A stretch of 64,000 nt of DNA from an uncultured Bacteroidales bacterium (GCA_942492865.1 OW818650.1:23892-87891); one strand, 5' to 3'. Counted from the first letter of the stretch, positions 36,318-47,305 are shown. The notes: generated by a model not told the origin, from the letters alone. Numbers and translations are program-made.

Positions 36318-38156
36318 ATGAAAAAAATAACGCCTGTAATTGTCTTTTCAATAGCTTATCTTTTATGCCTTCCCCTTGCTGCACAGCAAGGAACAGCAGC
36401 ACTGACCTATTCAAGACAGGAAGTACTGATCACAATGAGGGATAGCATTAAATTGAACACTGTCATCTACGCTCCGGAAAACGTAAAAGAACCATTTCCG
36501 TTGATTTTTCTACGGACACCCTACGGAGTGAGCACCAAACCATCTCCCGAAAAGACCCCTTATATCAGTGATCTGGCTGAAGAAGGATATATATTTGTAT
36601 TTCAGGATATCCGTGGACGATATAAATCAGGTGGTACATTCGAGATGCAGCGTCCGATGCGCGATAAAAAAGATCCGGATGCGATAGATGAAAGTACGGA
36701 TACATTCGATACTATTGAATGGCTGCTGAAAAATGTTCCCGGTAATAACGGAAAAGTCGGTATGATAGGAGTCTCATACGACGGGTGGACGACAATGATG
36801 GGAGCAATAGATCCCCATCCTGCATTAAAGGCAGCCTCGGAACAGGCAACACCGTCTGATATGTTCATCGGGGATGATTTTCATCATAATGGCGCTTTCC
36901 GGTTGAGCTACGGATTCGAATATGCGTACATGACTGAACATTCAAAAGTAAGCGAACAGTTCCCGTTCGATCAGTATGACACTTATGAGTGGTATCTGAA
37001 CCTTGGGCCTTTATCCAATGTAAATGAGAAATATTTTCATGGGGAACTCCCTTCCTGGAACGATTTTGTAAAGCACCCAGATTATGACGATTTCTGGCAG
37101 AAACAATCAATGGTTTACAGGCTCTCAACTCCTGAGGTCCCCATTTTACACGTCGCAGGCTGGTGGGACCAGGAAGATTTTTATGGACCCCTGAAAGCTT
37201 ATGAGTTCCTGGAAAAAAATGACGACCGCAACCTTAATTTCATAACGATCGGACCATGGAATCACGGTGGATGGAGAAACGGTGCAGGAGACGTATTAGG
37301 AAGAATTAGTTTTGGAGTTCCTACTGCAGAAACATTCAGAAAAACAATCCAGGCTCCGTTTTTTGCATTTTATCTCAAAGGGAAAGGAAAGGGTCAGTTT
37401 CCGGAAGCTTTAACATTTCAGACAGGTTCAAATACCTGGAAAAGTTATAATGCCTGGCCTCCCTCTGAGTCCACAACGGTAAAGAATCTTTACATGAATG
37501 CAAATGGCAATCTTTCATTTGATCCGCCACGGGAGAATATGGGTTTTGATGAGTATCTGTCAGATCCGTTCCACCCGGTTCCTTACAGGCCCCGTCCCGT
37601 TGAGGTGACTTACGGGCCCGGCTCCAGGTGGAGTACCTGGCTGCTTGAAGACCAGCGCTTTGTCCATCGCCGTCCGGATGTCATGAGCTGGGAAACAGGT
37701 GTTTTGACAGAAGATATTGAGGTAACAGGCAACCTGCTTGCCGTATTATTCGCATCCACCACCGGAACCGATGCTGACTGGATTGTAAAGCTCATTGATG
37801 TGTATCCTGAAGCATATCCTGAAAAACCGGAAATGGGAGGATACCAGTTAATGATTGCCAATGATGTTTTCCGTGGAAGGTTCCGCAACAGCTTCTCAAA
37901 TCCCCAACCTGTTGAGCCTGACAAGGTGAATGAATATAAGATCGACCTGCATTCTGTAAATCATATTTTTAAAAAAGGTCATAAAATAATGGTCCAGGTC
38001 CAAAGCTCATGGTTTCCTATCATTGACCGGAATCCGCAAAAATATGTACCAAATATTTTTAAAGCTACTGAAAGTGATTTCACTATAGCTTATCAGAAGG
38101 TATACAGATCAGCAGATTTTCCTTCGCACATTAAATTGCCTGTGATGCAAAAATAG
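36318..38156 (+). CDS. CocE/NonD-family hydrolase (X-Pro dipeptidyl-peptidase S15-like)
   Basis: 612 aa with a signal peptide and the GVSYDGW nucleophile elbow. Overall size is typical of the family. Confidence 0.75.
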   Translation: MKKITPVIVFSIAYLLCLPLAAQQGTAALTYSRQEVLITMRDSIKLNTVIYAPENVKEPFPLIFLRTPYGVSTKPSPEKTPYISDLAEEGYIFVFQDIRGRYKSGGTFEMQRPMRDKKDPDAIDESTDTFDTIEWLLKNVPGNNGKVGMIGVSYDGWTTMMGAIDPHPALKAASEQATPSDMFIGDDFHHNGAFRLSYGFEYAYMTEHSKVSEQFPFDQYDTYEWYLNLGPLSNVNEKYFHGELPSWNDFVKHPDYDDFWQKQSMVYRLSTPEVPILHVAGWWDQEDFYGPLKAYEFLEKNDDRNLNFITIGPWNHGGWRNGAGDVLGRISFGVPTAETFRKTIQAPFFAFYLKGKGKGQFPEALTFQTGSNTWKSYNAWPPSESTTVKNLYMNANGNLSFDPPRENMGFDEYLSDPFHPVPYRPRPVEVTYGPGSRWSTWLLEDQRFVHRRPDVMSWETGVLTEDIEVTGNLLAVLFASTTGTDADWIVKLIDVYPEAYPEKPEMGGYQLMIANDVFRGRFRNSFSNPQPVEPDKVNEYKIDLHSVNHIFKKGHKIMVQVQSSWFPIIDRNPQKYVPNIFKATESDFTIAYQKVYRSADFPSHIKLPVMQK

Positions 38157-38194
38157 AGGTAGTAATCAAGCTTGTAAAAGTTTTAATATCTCAT

Positions 38195-38632
38195 ATGAAA
38201 AGACTCCTGTTCCTGTTGCTTATAATGATGTTAAGTACCTGCTGCAATCATCCGGCAGACAGTGAAAAAATCAAAAAAGAAATTCTTCAAAGTGAAAAAG
38301 CTTTTGAAAATATGGCATCCGGAAAGGGCCTGGCAGAAGCCTTTTATTATTTTGCAGATGAGAATGCAGTGATCAAAAGGGAAAACGATACATTAATAAT
38401 GGGTAAAGAGAATATTAAGACCTATTATTACAATAAGAAAAATAAAAACGTAACCTTAAACTGGACCCCTGATTTTATAGAAGTGTCAAATTGCGGAACT
38501 CTTGGATACACGTATGGAAAATATGTAATGACAGCAAAACAGGATAATGGCAAAACGATTGAATTCACGGGCGTTTTCCACACGGTTTGGAAGAAACAGG
38601 CCGACAAGTCCTGGAAATATGTCTGGGACTAA
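38195..38632 (+). CDS. SnoaL/DUF4440-like (NTF2 fold) lipoprotein
   Basis: 145-aa ORF with a signal peptide ending LSTCC. Confidence 0.45.
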   Translation: MKRLLFLLLIMMLSTCCNHPADSEKIKKEILQSEKAFENMASGKGLAEAFYYFADENAVIKRENDTLIMGKENIKTYYYNKKNKNVTLNWTPDFIEVSNCGTLGYTYGKYVMTAKQDNGKTIEFTGVFHTVWKKQADKSWKYVWD

Positions 38633-38686
38633 AATCCCTGTTTTTGAAATTCTTTAAAGACTTTAACATACGACAATATTAAAGGA

Positions 38687-40594
38687 TTGTACGATCTGGT
38701 GGGTCTTACTGTCAATGTTCATTTTATGGTAACTAATTATGAAGTAGGCTTACTAAATAGCCTGATGCTGGAGTCTAAGGAAAAAAGCAATAAAAGTATT
38801 GAACTTGCAACCCAAAGCACCGTAAAACTACGGGAAGTGCTTAAAGAAATCCTGTTAAGCGATAAGTCCATTACAGATTACCGTCAAATGGAAGCTATTG
38901 GTTCTTTCTTTATAGAAATAAGGACTATACTTTTTGATTTTTGTATGAGCCCCTTTCTAAAAGTTCTCGATAATGAGGTCCTTAATAAATTTGAAATGGT
39001 CTATTCGTATCTAATTAAATTTGTTGACAGTGAGCAGGTAGAATTGAAAAAAGCAGGCAAAATATGGCAGTTTGTAAATTCTAAATTTCAAAAAGAACTC
39101 GAGAAAAAAACATTTCCGTTACTTCTTGAATACAGAATGTTTGAGGCCGGCATATCGGCCGGTAATCTCCTTGCAGATATTGCACAGTTATTAGCCGGGA
39201 TTATACTGTTTCTCTGGGGCGCCGGAAAGATTATGGTCAAAGGGGGCAAACTGGCTTTATTAAAATTGCTAAAACTCTCGGCTACAGATAAAGTAAAAGC
39301 CTTGGCATTATTGTCAGCTGTCAGCCTCGATTTAGGATATTTAAAGAAATTGCAGCCGCTCACTATGGATTCACCTGTGTTCTCATTAGTACTCAAAAAC
39401 GATGAAATTAACAAAATTTCAACGACACTCATCAATGAGTTATCATATGCTGAGTCCAGAAATGTAAAAATGATTGATGCAGATGTAGCAAACAGCCTTT
39501 TACAGGAGTATAGAAAGCCTTTGCTGTTTGAAAGCTCCGCAACAGGAGGTGATCCTACTTATTTAATAAGTATTCTCGGTCTTTTTTTAATGCTTCGTAA
39601 ACGCAAGAAAGAAGAGGCTCTGGAGAATTACCGTCTCAATAATATAAGGAACCTTTTTCAGGAAGCTTTTACCGTAAAATTAACGGTCAGTCTCTCAAAA
39701 AACGTGAAATTTGAGAGTTTCTTGAGGGAAGTTGCAACAGTCGATGGAATAAATATTCCCGATAATTTGAGTGTGGAAAAAATTCTTCAACTTATTATTA
39801 ATGATTTTGTTAAACAATTTGAAAAATTTGTTGAAAGTAAAATAAAAAAAGGCGTGGTTTTTAGTAAAAAAGGCATTTACAGTAATTTTAATTCATTTAT
39901 AAACGGGAAATTCAGGGAGGTAAGCAAAAGAAAAACATTTGACGGCTTTGTGTTGTTAATTGACAAAAGACTAGATAGTTTATTATTAAACATACTGAAC
40001 AGGAACGCTTTAACGCTATCCAAAATCAAGCCCATTAAGGTAAGTGAATTGTTTGAAATGACTATCGGGGAATTTTATAAAAGATTTTATCCTGAGAAGA
40101 AGATGAGTGAGATGTATGGCCGTTTTGTTGATAAAATTAAGAGAAACGGAGGTAAGGAAATCTACGATAAAAGAGAGAAATTATTGGCTGTTATTAACAG
40201 TGGGACAAGTAAGAATGTTGATTCACTTCTAAAAGACTATGAAGCCCTGACTGATGAAATAAATTTTTTAATTCAGGAGTTAATAGACAAGAAGAAAATC
40301 AGCATAACCGATAGCGATAAAATTGTATTGAGAGTATTCGGGAAACTCAATATTGATGGCAAATGCGGTGCCGCCAGACCGGATATGGCATTAATGAGCC
40401 TCATTGAAGGAACCAATGTTTTTGATTTTCTGCATGCTGCAAATAAAGATGTCGTTGATCCAAGTCATTTGACCGGATCAGATTTTTATCAGGACTTTTT
40501 CAGAGTTATCTTTGGTGAAATTCCAAAGGAAAACGAAGTAACAAAAGATATCATTTATACTTTCAGTGAGGAATTTATGAAAAAACTTAAATAA
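38687..40594 (+). CDS. Large hypothetical protein, no motif recognised
   Basis: 635-aa ORF, visibly more AT-rich than its neighbours. The first codon is TTG; the first ATG is at 38726. A hydrophobic segment lies around residue 160-180. Confidence 0.55.
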   Translation: MYDLVGLTVNVHFMVTNYEVGLLNSLMLESKEKSNKSIELATQSTVKLREVLKEILLSDKSITDYRQMEAIGSFFIEIRTILFDFCMSPFLKVLDNEVLNKFEMVYSYLIKFVDSEQVELKKAGKIWQFVNSKFQKELEKKTFPLLLEYRMFEAGISAGNLLADIAQLLAGIILFLWGAGKIMVKGGKLALLKLLKLSATDKVKALALLSAVSLDLGYLKKLQPLTMDSPVFSLVLKNDEINKISTTLINELSYAESRNVKMIDADVANSLLQEYRKPLLFESSATGGDPTYLISILGLFLMLRKRKKEEALENYRLNNIRNLFQEAFTVKLTVSLSKNVKFESFLREVATVDGINIPDNLSVEKILQLIINDFVKQFEKFVESKIKKGVVFSKKGIYSNFNSFINGKFREVSKRKTFDGFVLLIDKRLDSLLLNILNRNALTLSKIKPIKVSELFEMTIGEFYKRFYPEKKMSEMYGRFVDKIKRNGGKEIYDKREKLLAVINSGTSKNVDSLLKDYEALTDEINFLIQELIDKKKISITDSDKIVLRVFGKLNIDGKCGAARPDMALMSLIEGTNVFDFLHAANKDVVDPSHLTGSDFYQDFFRVIFGEIPKENEVTKDIIYTFSEEFMKKLK

Positions 40595-40648
40595 TATACA
40601 TTCTTAACCGTTTCAAAGTTATTATACATACGGAAGTATTTTTTGATA

Positions 40649-41194
40649 ATGAAAGAAATTTTCAAAATTCAGGTGATAATCATAATTATATTAATATCTG
40701 CTTTCCAGATAGTATATACTTCCTGCTCAAGGTCAGTCTATCAGCCTTCCACATCAGGAATAACCGAAAAAAAGGGTAACCCTGGCATAATTTCAAAAAT
40801 TGAAACCATGGGCATCACTCCTGATGAAATCATAAGGACAGCTCAAAAGTACCTTGGTGTGCCGCATTGCATGGGTGGCACATCGACCAGATGTATAGAT
40901 TGTTCCGGATTGCTGGTAAAGGTTTTTGCGAGTCATGGCATTTATCTGCCTCATAACTCGGATGAACAGTCAAGGTACGGGAAAAAAATATCCGTCAGGG
41001 ATGAATTAGAGAAAGGAGATCTTGTATTTTTTATAAGATCATATAAAACAAATCGTTTCATCACCCATTCAGGTATCTACATTGGTAATAATAAATTCAT
41101 TCACGCTTCTTCTTCAAAAGGTGTAACTATAACCTCAATGAGTAATCCCTGGTGGAATGACAGATTCATTTTCGGGACTCGCTTATTTGATTGA
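40649..41194 (+). CDS. NlpC/P60 (C40) peptidoglycan hydrolase
   Basis: MGGTSTRCIDCSGLL (catalytic Cys) and ITHSGIYIGNNKFIHAS (His). Confidence 0.8.
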   Translation: MKEIFKIQVIIIIILISAFQIVYTSCSRSVYQPSTSGITEKKGNPGIISKIETMGITPDEIIRTAQKYLGVPHCMGGTSTRCIDCSGLLVKVFASHGIYLPHNSDEQSRYGKKISVRDELEKGDLVFFIRSYKTNRFITHSGIYIGNNKFIHASSSKGVTITSMSNPWWNDRFIFGTRLFD

Positions 41195-41340
41195 GGGTTT
41201 TCCTTCCACAAAAGTTAGTTATTAACTTCAAGTACCAAATCGGGCATACGATTGGATTTCGTAACTTGCTTTATGAATTGTTTTAAACAACTTTAAACAA
41301 TTTGACCTTAGCAGTTGTTCTTTTTTTAATTGGTTATGAT

Positions 41341-42036
41341 ATGAAGAGAATTGGAATAATCGGCGGCATGGGGCCAGAATCAACCATTGACTATTACAGG
41401 GAATTGATCAATGCCTTCAAAAATGAAAAAGGCGAAATGAATTACCCTGAAATAGTAATATTCAGTATCAATATCTCCCAGTTTCTCAGGTTAATCAAAG
41501 AAAAAAAATATGCTGAAGTCACTGATTTCCTGCTGGGGAAGATTGAACTTTTAAAACGTGCCGGTGTCGATTTTGCTGCGATCAGCGCCAATACCCCACA
41601 TCTCGTCTTTGAAAGCCTGCGTGAAAGGTCTCCTGTCCCGTTGATAAGCATTGTTGAAGCGACTTGCGAAGAGGCCAGTCGTAAAGGGCTGATGCGTACA
41701 GGGTTGCTCGGAACAGGATTTACAATGAAAGCCACTTTTTACAGAGACGTTTTCTGCAAGGATGGAATAGAGGTTATTGTTCCGGAAGAAGATGATATTG
41801 AATATATTGACCAAAAGCTTTTCAGCGAAATAGAGCTTGGTATTTTTAAGGATGAGACAAGAAGATCAATTGAAGAAATTATCGGAAAAATGGTCAGGGA
41901 AAAAAATATTGATTCAATAATTCTTGGATGTACTGAACTTCCTATCATTCTTAAAGAGGATTCTTATTCAGGAATTCCTGTACTTAATACTACAAAAATA
42001 CATGTTAATGAGATAGTTAACTATTGTTTGAAGTAA
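41341..42036 (+). CDS. Aspartate/glutamate racemase-family protein
   Basis: MKRIGIIGGMGPESTIDYY, ...ANTPH..., ...ILGCTELP... Confidence 0.8.
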   Translation: MKRIGIIGGMGPESTIDYYRELINAFKNEKGEMNYPEIVIFSINISQFLRLIKEKKYAEVTDFLLGKIELLKRAGVDFAAISANTPHLVFESLRERSPVPLISIVEATCEEASRKGLMRTGLLGTGFTMKATFYRDVFCKDGIEVIVPEEDDIEYIDQKLFSEIELGIFKDETRRSIEEIIGKMVREKNIDSIILGCTELPIILKEDSYSGIPVLNTTKIHVNEIVNYCLK

Positions 42037-42079
42037 TCTTGTATTACCATTAAAAAATTATCTGCTAAAATATTATATC

Positions 42080-42268
42080 ATGTCAATAAATAAAGTTTGG
42101 ATCATAGATGGATGCACTGCCTGCGGGTTGTGTTCAGATATCTGCCCGGAGGTTTTTCAGATGGAAGACCTCGCGACCGTAATACCGGGCGCAGATTTCA
42201 ATGCTAATGAGGCTTCGGTGAAGGAAGCAGCAGAAAGCTGCCCGGTTGAGGTAATAAAATATGAATGA
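42080..42268 (+). CDS. Small ferredoxin
   Basis: 62 aa with CTACGLCSDICP plus a distal CP. Confidence 0.7.
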   Translation: MSINKVWIIDGCTACGLCSDICPEVFQMEDLATVIPGADFNANEASVKEAAESCPVEVIKYE

Positions 42269-42292
42269 TCGCTAATACTAAAAGAAACAATC

Positions 42293-42820
42293 ATGGAGAA
42301 AATTACCGACACCCGGAAAAGTGCGAAGAAATTTACGCCTGTCAGAATGAAAAAAGTATTGATTGCCCTCGATTTTGATCCTTCGGCCCAAAAAGTTGCT
42401 GAGACAGGATATTCACTGGCAAAGTCGATGAATGCTGAAGTTACATTGTTACATGTTATTGGCGGACTCAGCTACTACACATCTCTTGAATTTTCGCCTA
42501 TCATGGGATACAGCGGCTTCAGCACGGCAACAGCCCAAAACCTGATTGATATGGATAAGATCAGGGAAGGGTCAAAAAACTTCCTGGAGGAATCAAGAAA
42601 ACATCTTGGTGATGAAAATATCCAGGTAATGGTAAATGAAGGTGATGCTGCAGAAGAAATCATCACTGCTGCCGATAACATCAAGGCTGACCTGATAGTG
42701 GTTGGCACTCACAGCCGAAGGGGACTGGATAAGATGCTAATGGGAAGTGTTGCTGAAGAGGTCTTCCACAAAACATCGATACCTCTATTTGTTATTCCAA
42801 CAAAAAAACAAGAGGAATAA
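42293..42820 (+). CDS. Universal stress protein (UspA family)
   Basis: 175 aa. ...DLIVVGTHSRRGLDKMLMGSVAEEV... Confidence 0.8.
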   Translation: MEKITDTRKSAKKFTPVRMKKVLIALDFDPSAQKVAETGYSLAKSMNAEVTLLHVIGGLSYYTSLEFSPIMGYSGFSTATAQNLIDMDKIREGSKNFLEESRKHLGDENIQVMVNEGDAAEEIITAADNIKADLIVVGTHSRRGLDKMLMGSVAEEVFHKTSIPLFVIPTKKQEE

Positions 42821-42857
42821 AAGCTCCGGATTACGGATCAGGCAGATTTTCTATTCC

Positions 42858-43322
42858 TTAATTGGAACTCCTTTGTTCAAGTTCCCTGATCTTCTCAAGC
42901 CGGCGGTCATGCCTTTCTGCCCCTATATATTCTGACTCAAGGAAAGTACGAACAATATCTTTTGCAAGATAACGTCCGGTGACCCTTCCTCCAAGACATA
43001 TCACATTCATATCATCATCCTCCACACCCTGGTGTGCCGAAAAAGTATCGCCTATCAGGCAGCCCCTAACCCCTATTATCTTGTTAACAGTAACACATGC
43101 TCCCACTCCACTGCCGCATACCGCTATGCCGCGGTACACATCACCTGCTGCAACCGCACTTGCCAGAGGAATTACATAATCAGGATAATCATCTTCGTTG
43201 TTCAGAATGCTGTTGCCAAAATCAACGAGTTCGTATCCTGATCTTTGAAGTTCATCCTTAAGATATTCTTTCAGCTCAAACCCACCATGGTCCGAAGCTA
43301 TTCCTATTTTTTTCTTCATCAT
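42858..43322 (-). CDS. rpiB: Ribose-5-phosphate isomerase B
   Basis: 154 aa. KIGIASDHGGFELKEYL and CGSGVGA. Confidence 0.85.
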   Translation of the reverse strand: MMKKKIGIASDHGGFELKEYLKDELQRSGYELVDFGNSILNNEDDYPDYVIPLASAVAAGDVYRGIAVCGSGVGACVTVNKIIGVRGCLIGDTFSAHQGVEDDDMNVICLGGRVTGRYLAKDIVRTFLESEYIGAERHDRRLEKIRELEQRSSN

Positions 43323-43355
43323 TATCCTGAATAAATTTAATTTACATACAAACCA

Positions 43356-44042
43356 CTAACGCACCAGGTTATTATAATAATCTATCATTTCAGCCAGCTG
43401 AACGACATTTTCTATCTTTATCCGATTTTTTTTACTGAAATCCTTTAGATCCTTTTCCCTGTCAGACAGTAATTTAAAAAGCTGTTTCTCACTATAAAAA
43501 TCGAGCAGCTCATCACCTCTGCGTATAAGGTAAACCGGAGAATAATCAACAATATAATCCTTTGACAGTGGCAGGTTATAGCGTCCGCTCGATATCTCAA
43601 TGCTCGATAATCTCTTTGTTGCTGCCACCTGTGATGTTCCTCCGTACCCCGCTGGAGTGCCTGCCGACTGCAATGAAGCCTGCTGCCGTATAAACAAAGT
43701 CAATGGTTCTCCTTTAAGTATAAGTTCATGAAAGACCTTCCCCTGAGGTATGAACTTCCTGTCGTGCATGTAAACTGTATCAACCGTACCAGTATTGATC
43801 AGATCAAATTTTTTGCCGTCCAGCTCATACACCATCTTTTCAGTCACCATGTTATAATTCATCATGACTGTCTGGCTGCTTCCGTTTTTGAGTAAAACTT
43901 TTGTTTTGCTGAATGCAGGAAAAAGATATTGCTGCAATGTGAGCTCAGAATCTTCCTGTGCTGAAAGGATACTGCTAATCCCTGTTACCATTAAAAGCAA
44001 TAAAATTCCGGTGTTCCTGATTAAAATATCTTTGTATCTCAT
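43356..44042 (-). CDS. Hypothetical secreted protein
   Basis: 228-aa ORF with a signal peptide. Confidence 0.5.
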   Translation of the reverse strand: MRYKDILIRNTGILLLLMVTGISSILSAQEDSELTLQQYLFPAFSKTKVLLKNGSSQTVMMNYNMVTEKMVYELDGKKFDLINTGTVDTVYMHDRKFIPQGKVFHELILKGEPLTLFIRQQASLQSAGTPAGYGGTSQVAATKRLSSIEISSGRYNLPLSKDYIVDYSPVYLIRRGDELLDFYSEKQLFKLLSDREKDLKDFSKKNRIKIENVVQLAEMIDYYNNLVR

Positions 44043-44251
44043 AATAATCTCAAATTATGTTCTATAAAGATATAAAACCCGGACAATCTAGGCCATCCTG
44101 ACAACCAATTTTATCGCCAACTGTTTGTTTCATGACAAACACATCCAGTAAGTCAACATTAAAATACGTGAAGGACCTTATAGTAAATGAAATAATTAAT
44201 TATTAAATTTGGTTTTAATCTCAATTTTTGATAACCTAAAAGGAATATACT

Positions 44252-45064
44252 ATGAAATCAACACCATTTCTTAACCGTTATGCTATAGTTCTTTTTCTGT
44301 CTGTTATTTCGACCGGGCTTCTGGCGCAGGAATTTGTTCCTGAAGTAGGCCAGCGCGGGAAAGATGTTGTTTGGGTTCCTACACCCAATGATCTCGTTGA
44401 CACAATGCTTGATATAGCCAAAGTGACTTCCTCAGATTTTCTTGTGGATCTGGGGTCGGGCGATGGCCGTACAGTAATTGCCGCCGCAAAACGCGGAGCC
44501 CGTGCCGTAGGCATCGAGTTCAATCCTGAAATGGTAAAACTATCTGTCAATAGCGCCAAACAGGAAGGAGTTAGTGACAGGGCACAATTCCTTAATATGG
44601 ACCTTTTTGAGTATGATCTGACAAAAGCCACAGTTATTACAATGTTCCTGCTTCCTGAGATCAACCTTAAACTTCGCCCGAAACTGCTTGATCTCAAGCC
44701 AGGTACGCGCATCGTTTCAAACACATTCACAATGGGCGACTGGGAACCGGATCTTGAGGTGGAAACCAATGATAACAGTCATAGCTGGACCACTGCTCTG
44801 TTATGGATCATCCCGGCAAAAGTTGAAGGTACATGGAAAATGCCTCAGGGAGAGCTCAAGCTTACCCAGGAATTTCAGATGATCAACGGCAGCCTGACTA
44901 ACGGCTCCAAAAACGCGGCAATCCGTGAAGGCAGAATACGCGGTAATGAGATCACCTTCAGCGTTGACGGCACCAAATATACAGGGCAGATCAAAGGCAA
45001 TACGATGTCTGGTAAATCAACACGCGGATCAGGTACAGCATCAGATTGGATTGCAACAAAATAG
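44252..45064 (+). CDS. Class I SAM-dependent methyltransferase (secreted/periplasmic-type leader)
   Basis: LVDLGSGDGRTVIAAAKRGARAVGIEFNP motif I. Confidence 0.75.
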   Translation: MKSTPFLNRYAIVLFLSVISTGLLAQEFVPEVGQRGKDVVWVPTPNDLVDTMLDIAKVTSSDFLVDLGSGDGRTVIAAAKRGARAVGIEFNPEMVKLSVNSAKQEGVSDRAQFLNMDLFEYDLTKATVITMFLLPEINLKLRPKLLDLKPGTRIVSNTFTMGDWEPDLEVETNDNSHSWTTALLWIIPAKVEGTWKMPQGELKLTQEFQMINGSLTNGSKNAAIREGRIRGNEITFSVDGTKYTGQIKGNTMSGKSTRGSGTASDWIATK

Positions 45065-45174
45065 ACAATCGACCTCTCCCCTCCCGATAGCTATCGGGCC
45101 CCTCTCCCGAGTGAGAGGGGCTAAGAAAGAATGAGGGGGAAAGAGGGTGGAAAGATGGGGTGAGACCGGTAAAT

Positions 45175-47193
45175 TCAATGAACTTTTGAATATAGCAGCT
45201 TTTGCAGCTCTGTCATTTCGTCGCGGTACCTGGCTGCCTCTATAAAGTTGAGTTCCGAAGCTGCTTTCTCCATGTTCTTCTTTGATTTTTCGATTGCTTT
45301 TTCCAGGGCATTTTTATCCATATACCTGACAACAGGATCAGCTGCAATATCAGTATGGTCAGGTTCTACATAAGCCTTCAAAGAAGTTGCTTTTTTGCCA
45401 AGACCAATAAATACAGAACCTTTTTTCTTAACAATCTGGGCAGGTACTATCCCCATCTTTTCATTGTATTTTAACTGCTTTTCCCGTCTTCTGTTGGTTT
45501 CATCTATGGTCACCTGCATGCTTCCTGTTATCCTGTCGGCATACATTATTACCTTGCCATTTAGGTTACGCGCCGCTCTTCCTGATGTCTGGGTAAGTGA
45601 CCTCGCTGATCTCAGGAATCCTTCCTTGTCTGCATCAAGAATCGCCACAAGGGAAACTTCAGGCAGATCGAGGCCCTCTCTTAAAAGATTTACCCCGACA
45701 AGAACATCAAATTCGCCCGAACGCAAGCCTTCCATAATATCTATTCTCTCCAGGGTCTCAATATCAGAATGAATATACCTGCATCGTATATCATACCTTG
45801 TAAGATATGCTGTGAGCTCTTCAGCCATCCTTTTTGTAATGGTTGTAACAAGGGTTCTTTCATCTATTTTTGCGCGCGTCCTTATCTCTGCCATCAGATC
45901 ATCTATCTGGTTCAGGCTGGGCCTGATCTCGATTGCCGGATCAAGCAATCCCGTTGGCCTTATCACCTGGTCAATAAAAACACCTTCACTCTTTTCCAGC
46001 TCATAGTCGGCAGGAGTGGCACTTACGAAAATAGTCTGACCTGTAAGGGCTTCAAATTCCTCAAGTCTCATAGGACGGTTATCCAATGCCGCAGGAAGCC
46101 TGAACCCATATTCCACAAGGTTCTGCTTCCTTGAACGGTCCCCTCCGAACATGGCGCTTATCTGAGGAACACTTGCATGACTCTCATCAATGACCGTCAG
46201 GAAATCTTTGGGAAAGTAATCAAGAAGACAGAACGGCCTGGTGCCTGGTTTTCTTCCATCGAAATACCGGGAATAATTCTCTATACCGCTGCAATAACCA
46301 AGCTCTTTGATCATCTCAAGATCATATAAAACCCTCTGCTCAAGCCTTTTGGCTTCCTCCTTCTTTCCAATCTCATTAAAATGGCTGACCTGCAGGAAAA
46401 GATCGTTCTGTATGTATTCAATAGCCTGGTTTATCCTCTCCCTCGTAGTGACAAAAATATTTGCCGGATATATAGTGTATTCCCTCAGGTCCTCAATACG
46501 GTGGCCGTTAAGAGGATCAAATGAATATATCTCTTCAATCTGGTCACCGAAGTAGATTACCCTTATCCCAATATCGGCGTAGGCAGGAAAAATGTCAACC
46601 GTATCTCCCCGCACCCTGAAAGTTCCATGCTTGAATTCCATTTCATTCCTTGAGTAGAGACTGTCCACCAGGTTTCTGAGGAAAATGTTTCTGGAAAAAG
46701 TCTGACCCTGACGTATATGAACCGTGCTCGAATGAAAATCATCAGGGTTTCCTATGCCGTAAATACAGGATACCGATGAAACCACTATTATATCTTTTCT
46801 GCCTGACAAAAGTGAAGAAGTCGCGCTGAGCCTGAGCTTTTCAATTTCTTCATTTATTGAAAGGTCCTTTTCAATATAAGTATCTGATACAGGGAGATAG
46901 GCCTCAGGCTGATAATAGTCATAATATGAAACGAAATATTCAACCCTGTTTTCAGGAAAGAACTGCCGGAATTCACCATAGAGCTGTGCAGCAAGAGTTT
47001 TATTATGGCTCAGTACGAGAACTGGTCTCTGAACTTTATCGATTACATTGGCAATTGTAAACGTTTTACCTGATCCCGTGACGCCAAGCAGGGTCTGATA
47101 CGGAACACCGTTATTAAGTCCATCCACAAGCTGTCTGATGGCCTCAGGCTGATCGCCGGTCGGTTGAAAATCAGATATGAGTTTAAAATCCAT
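45175..47193 (-). CDS. uvrB: Excinuclease ABC subunit B
   Basis: 672 aa. GVTGSGKTFT Walker A, helicase motifs and a C-terminal UVR domain (AARYRDE). Confidence 0.95.
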   Translation of the reverse strand: MDFKLISDFQPTGDQPEAIRQLVDGLNNGVPYQTLLGVTGSGKTFTIANVIDKVQRPVLVLSHNKTLAAQLYGEFRQFFPENRVEYFVSYYDYYQPEAYLPVSDTYIEKDLSINEEIEKLRLSATSSLLSGRKDIIVVSSVSCIYGIGNPDDFHSSTVHIRQGQTFSRNIFLRNLVDSLYSRNEMEFKHGTFRVRGDTVDIFPAYADIGIRVIYFGDQIEEIYSFDPLNGHRIEDLREYTIYPANIFVTTRERINQAIEYIQNDLFLQVSHFNEIGKKEEAKRLEQRVLYDLEMIKELGYCSGIENYSRYFDGRKPGTRPFCLLDYFPKDFLTVIDESHASVPQISAMFGGDRSRKQNLVEYGFRLPAALDNRPMRLEEFEALTGQTIFVSATPADYELEKSEGVFIDQVIRPTGLLDPAIEIRPSLNQIDDLMAEIRTRAKIDERTLVTTITKRMAEELTAYLTRYDIRCRYIHSDIETLERIDIMEGLRSGEFDVLVGVNLLREGLDLPEVSLVAILDADKEGFLRSARSLTQTSGRAARNLNGKVIMYADRITGSMQVTIDETNRRREKQLKYNEKMGIVPAQIVKKKGSVFIGLGKKATSLKAYVEPDHTDIAADPVVRYMDKNALEKAIEKSKKNMEKAASELNFIEAARYRDEMTELQKLLYSKVH

Positions 47194-47272
47194 ATATTAT
47201 ACACTGGCAGGATTTACAAAATTAGTAAAAAAACAGCCGCCGGGATCAGGCGGAAGGATTATACAGGCCGAT

Positions 47273-47305
47273 AAAAAAACAGGCGCCATGAAGCGCCTGT
47301 TTTTA
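47273..47305 (-). terminator. Rho-independent terminator downstream of rpoD
   Basis: CAGGCGC-catgaa-GCGCCTG hairpin flanked by A- and T-runs. Confidence 0.6.

Noticed and set aside
45083-45120. The palindromes CCCGATAGCTATCGGG and CCCCTCTC-n6-GAGAGGGG between convergent genes, with a similar CGATAACTATCGGG at about 53288
   Set aside because: Most simply these are hairpins that terminate convergent transcription units. Two loosely similar copies are insufficient to call a repeat family.
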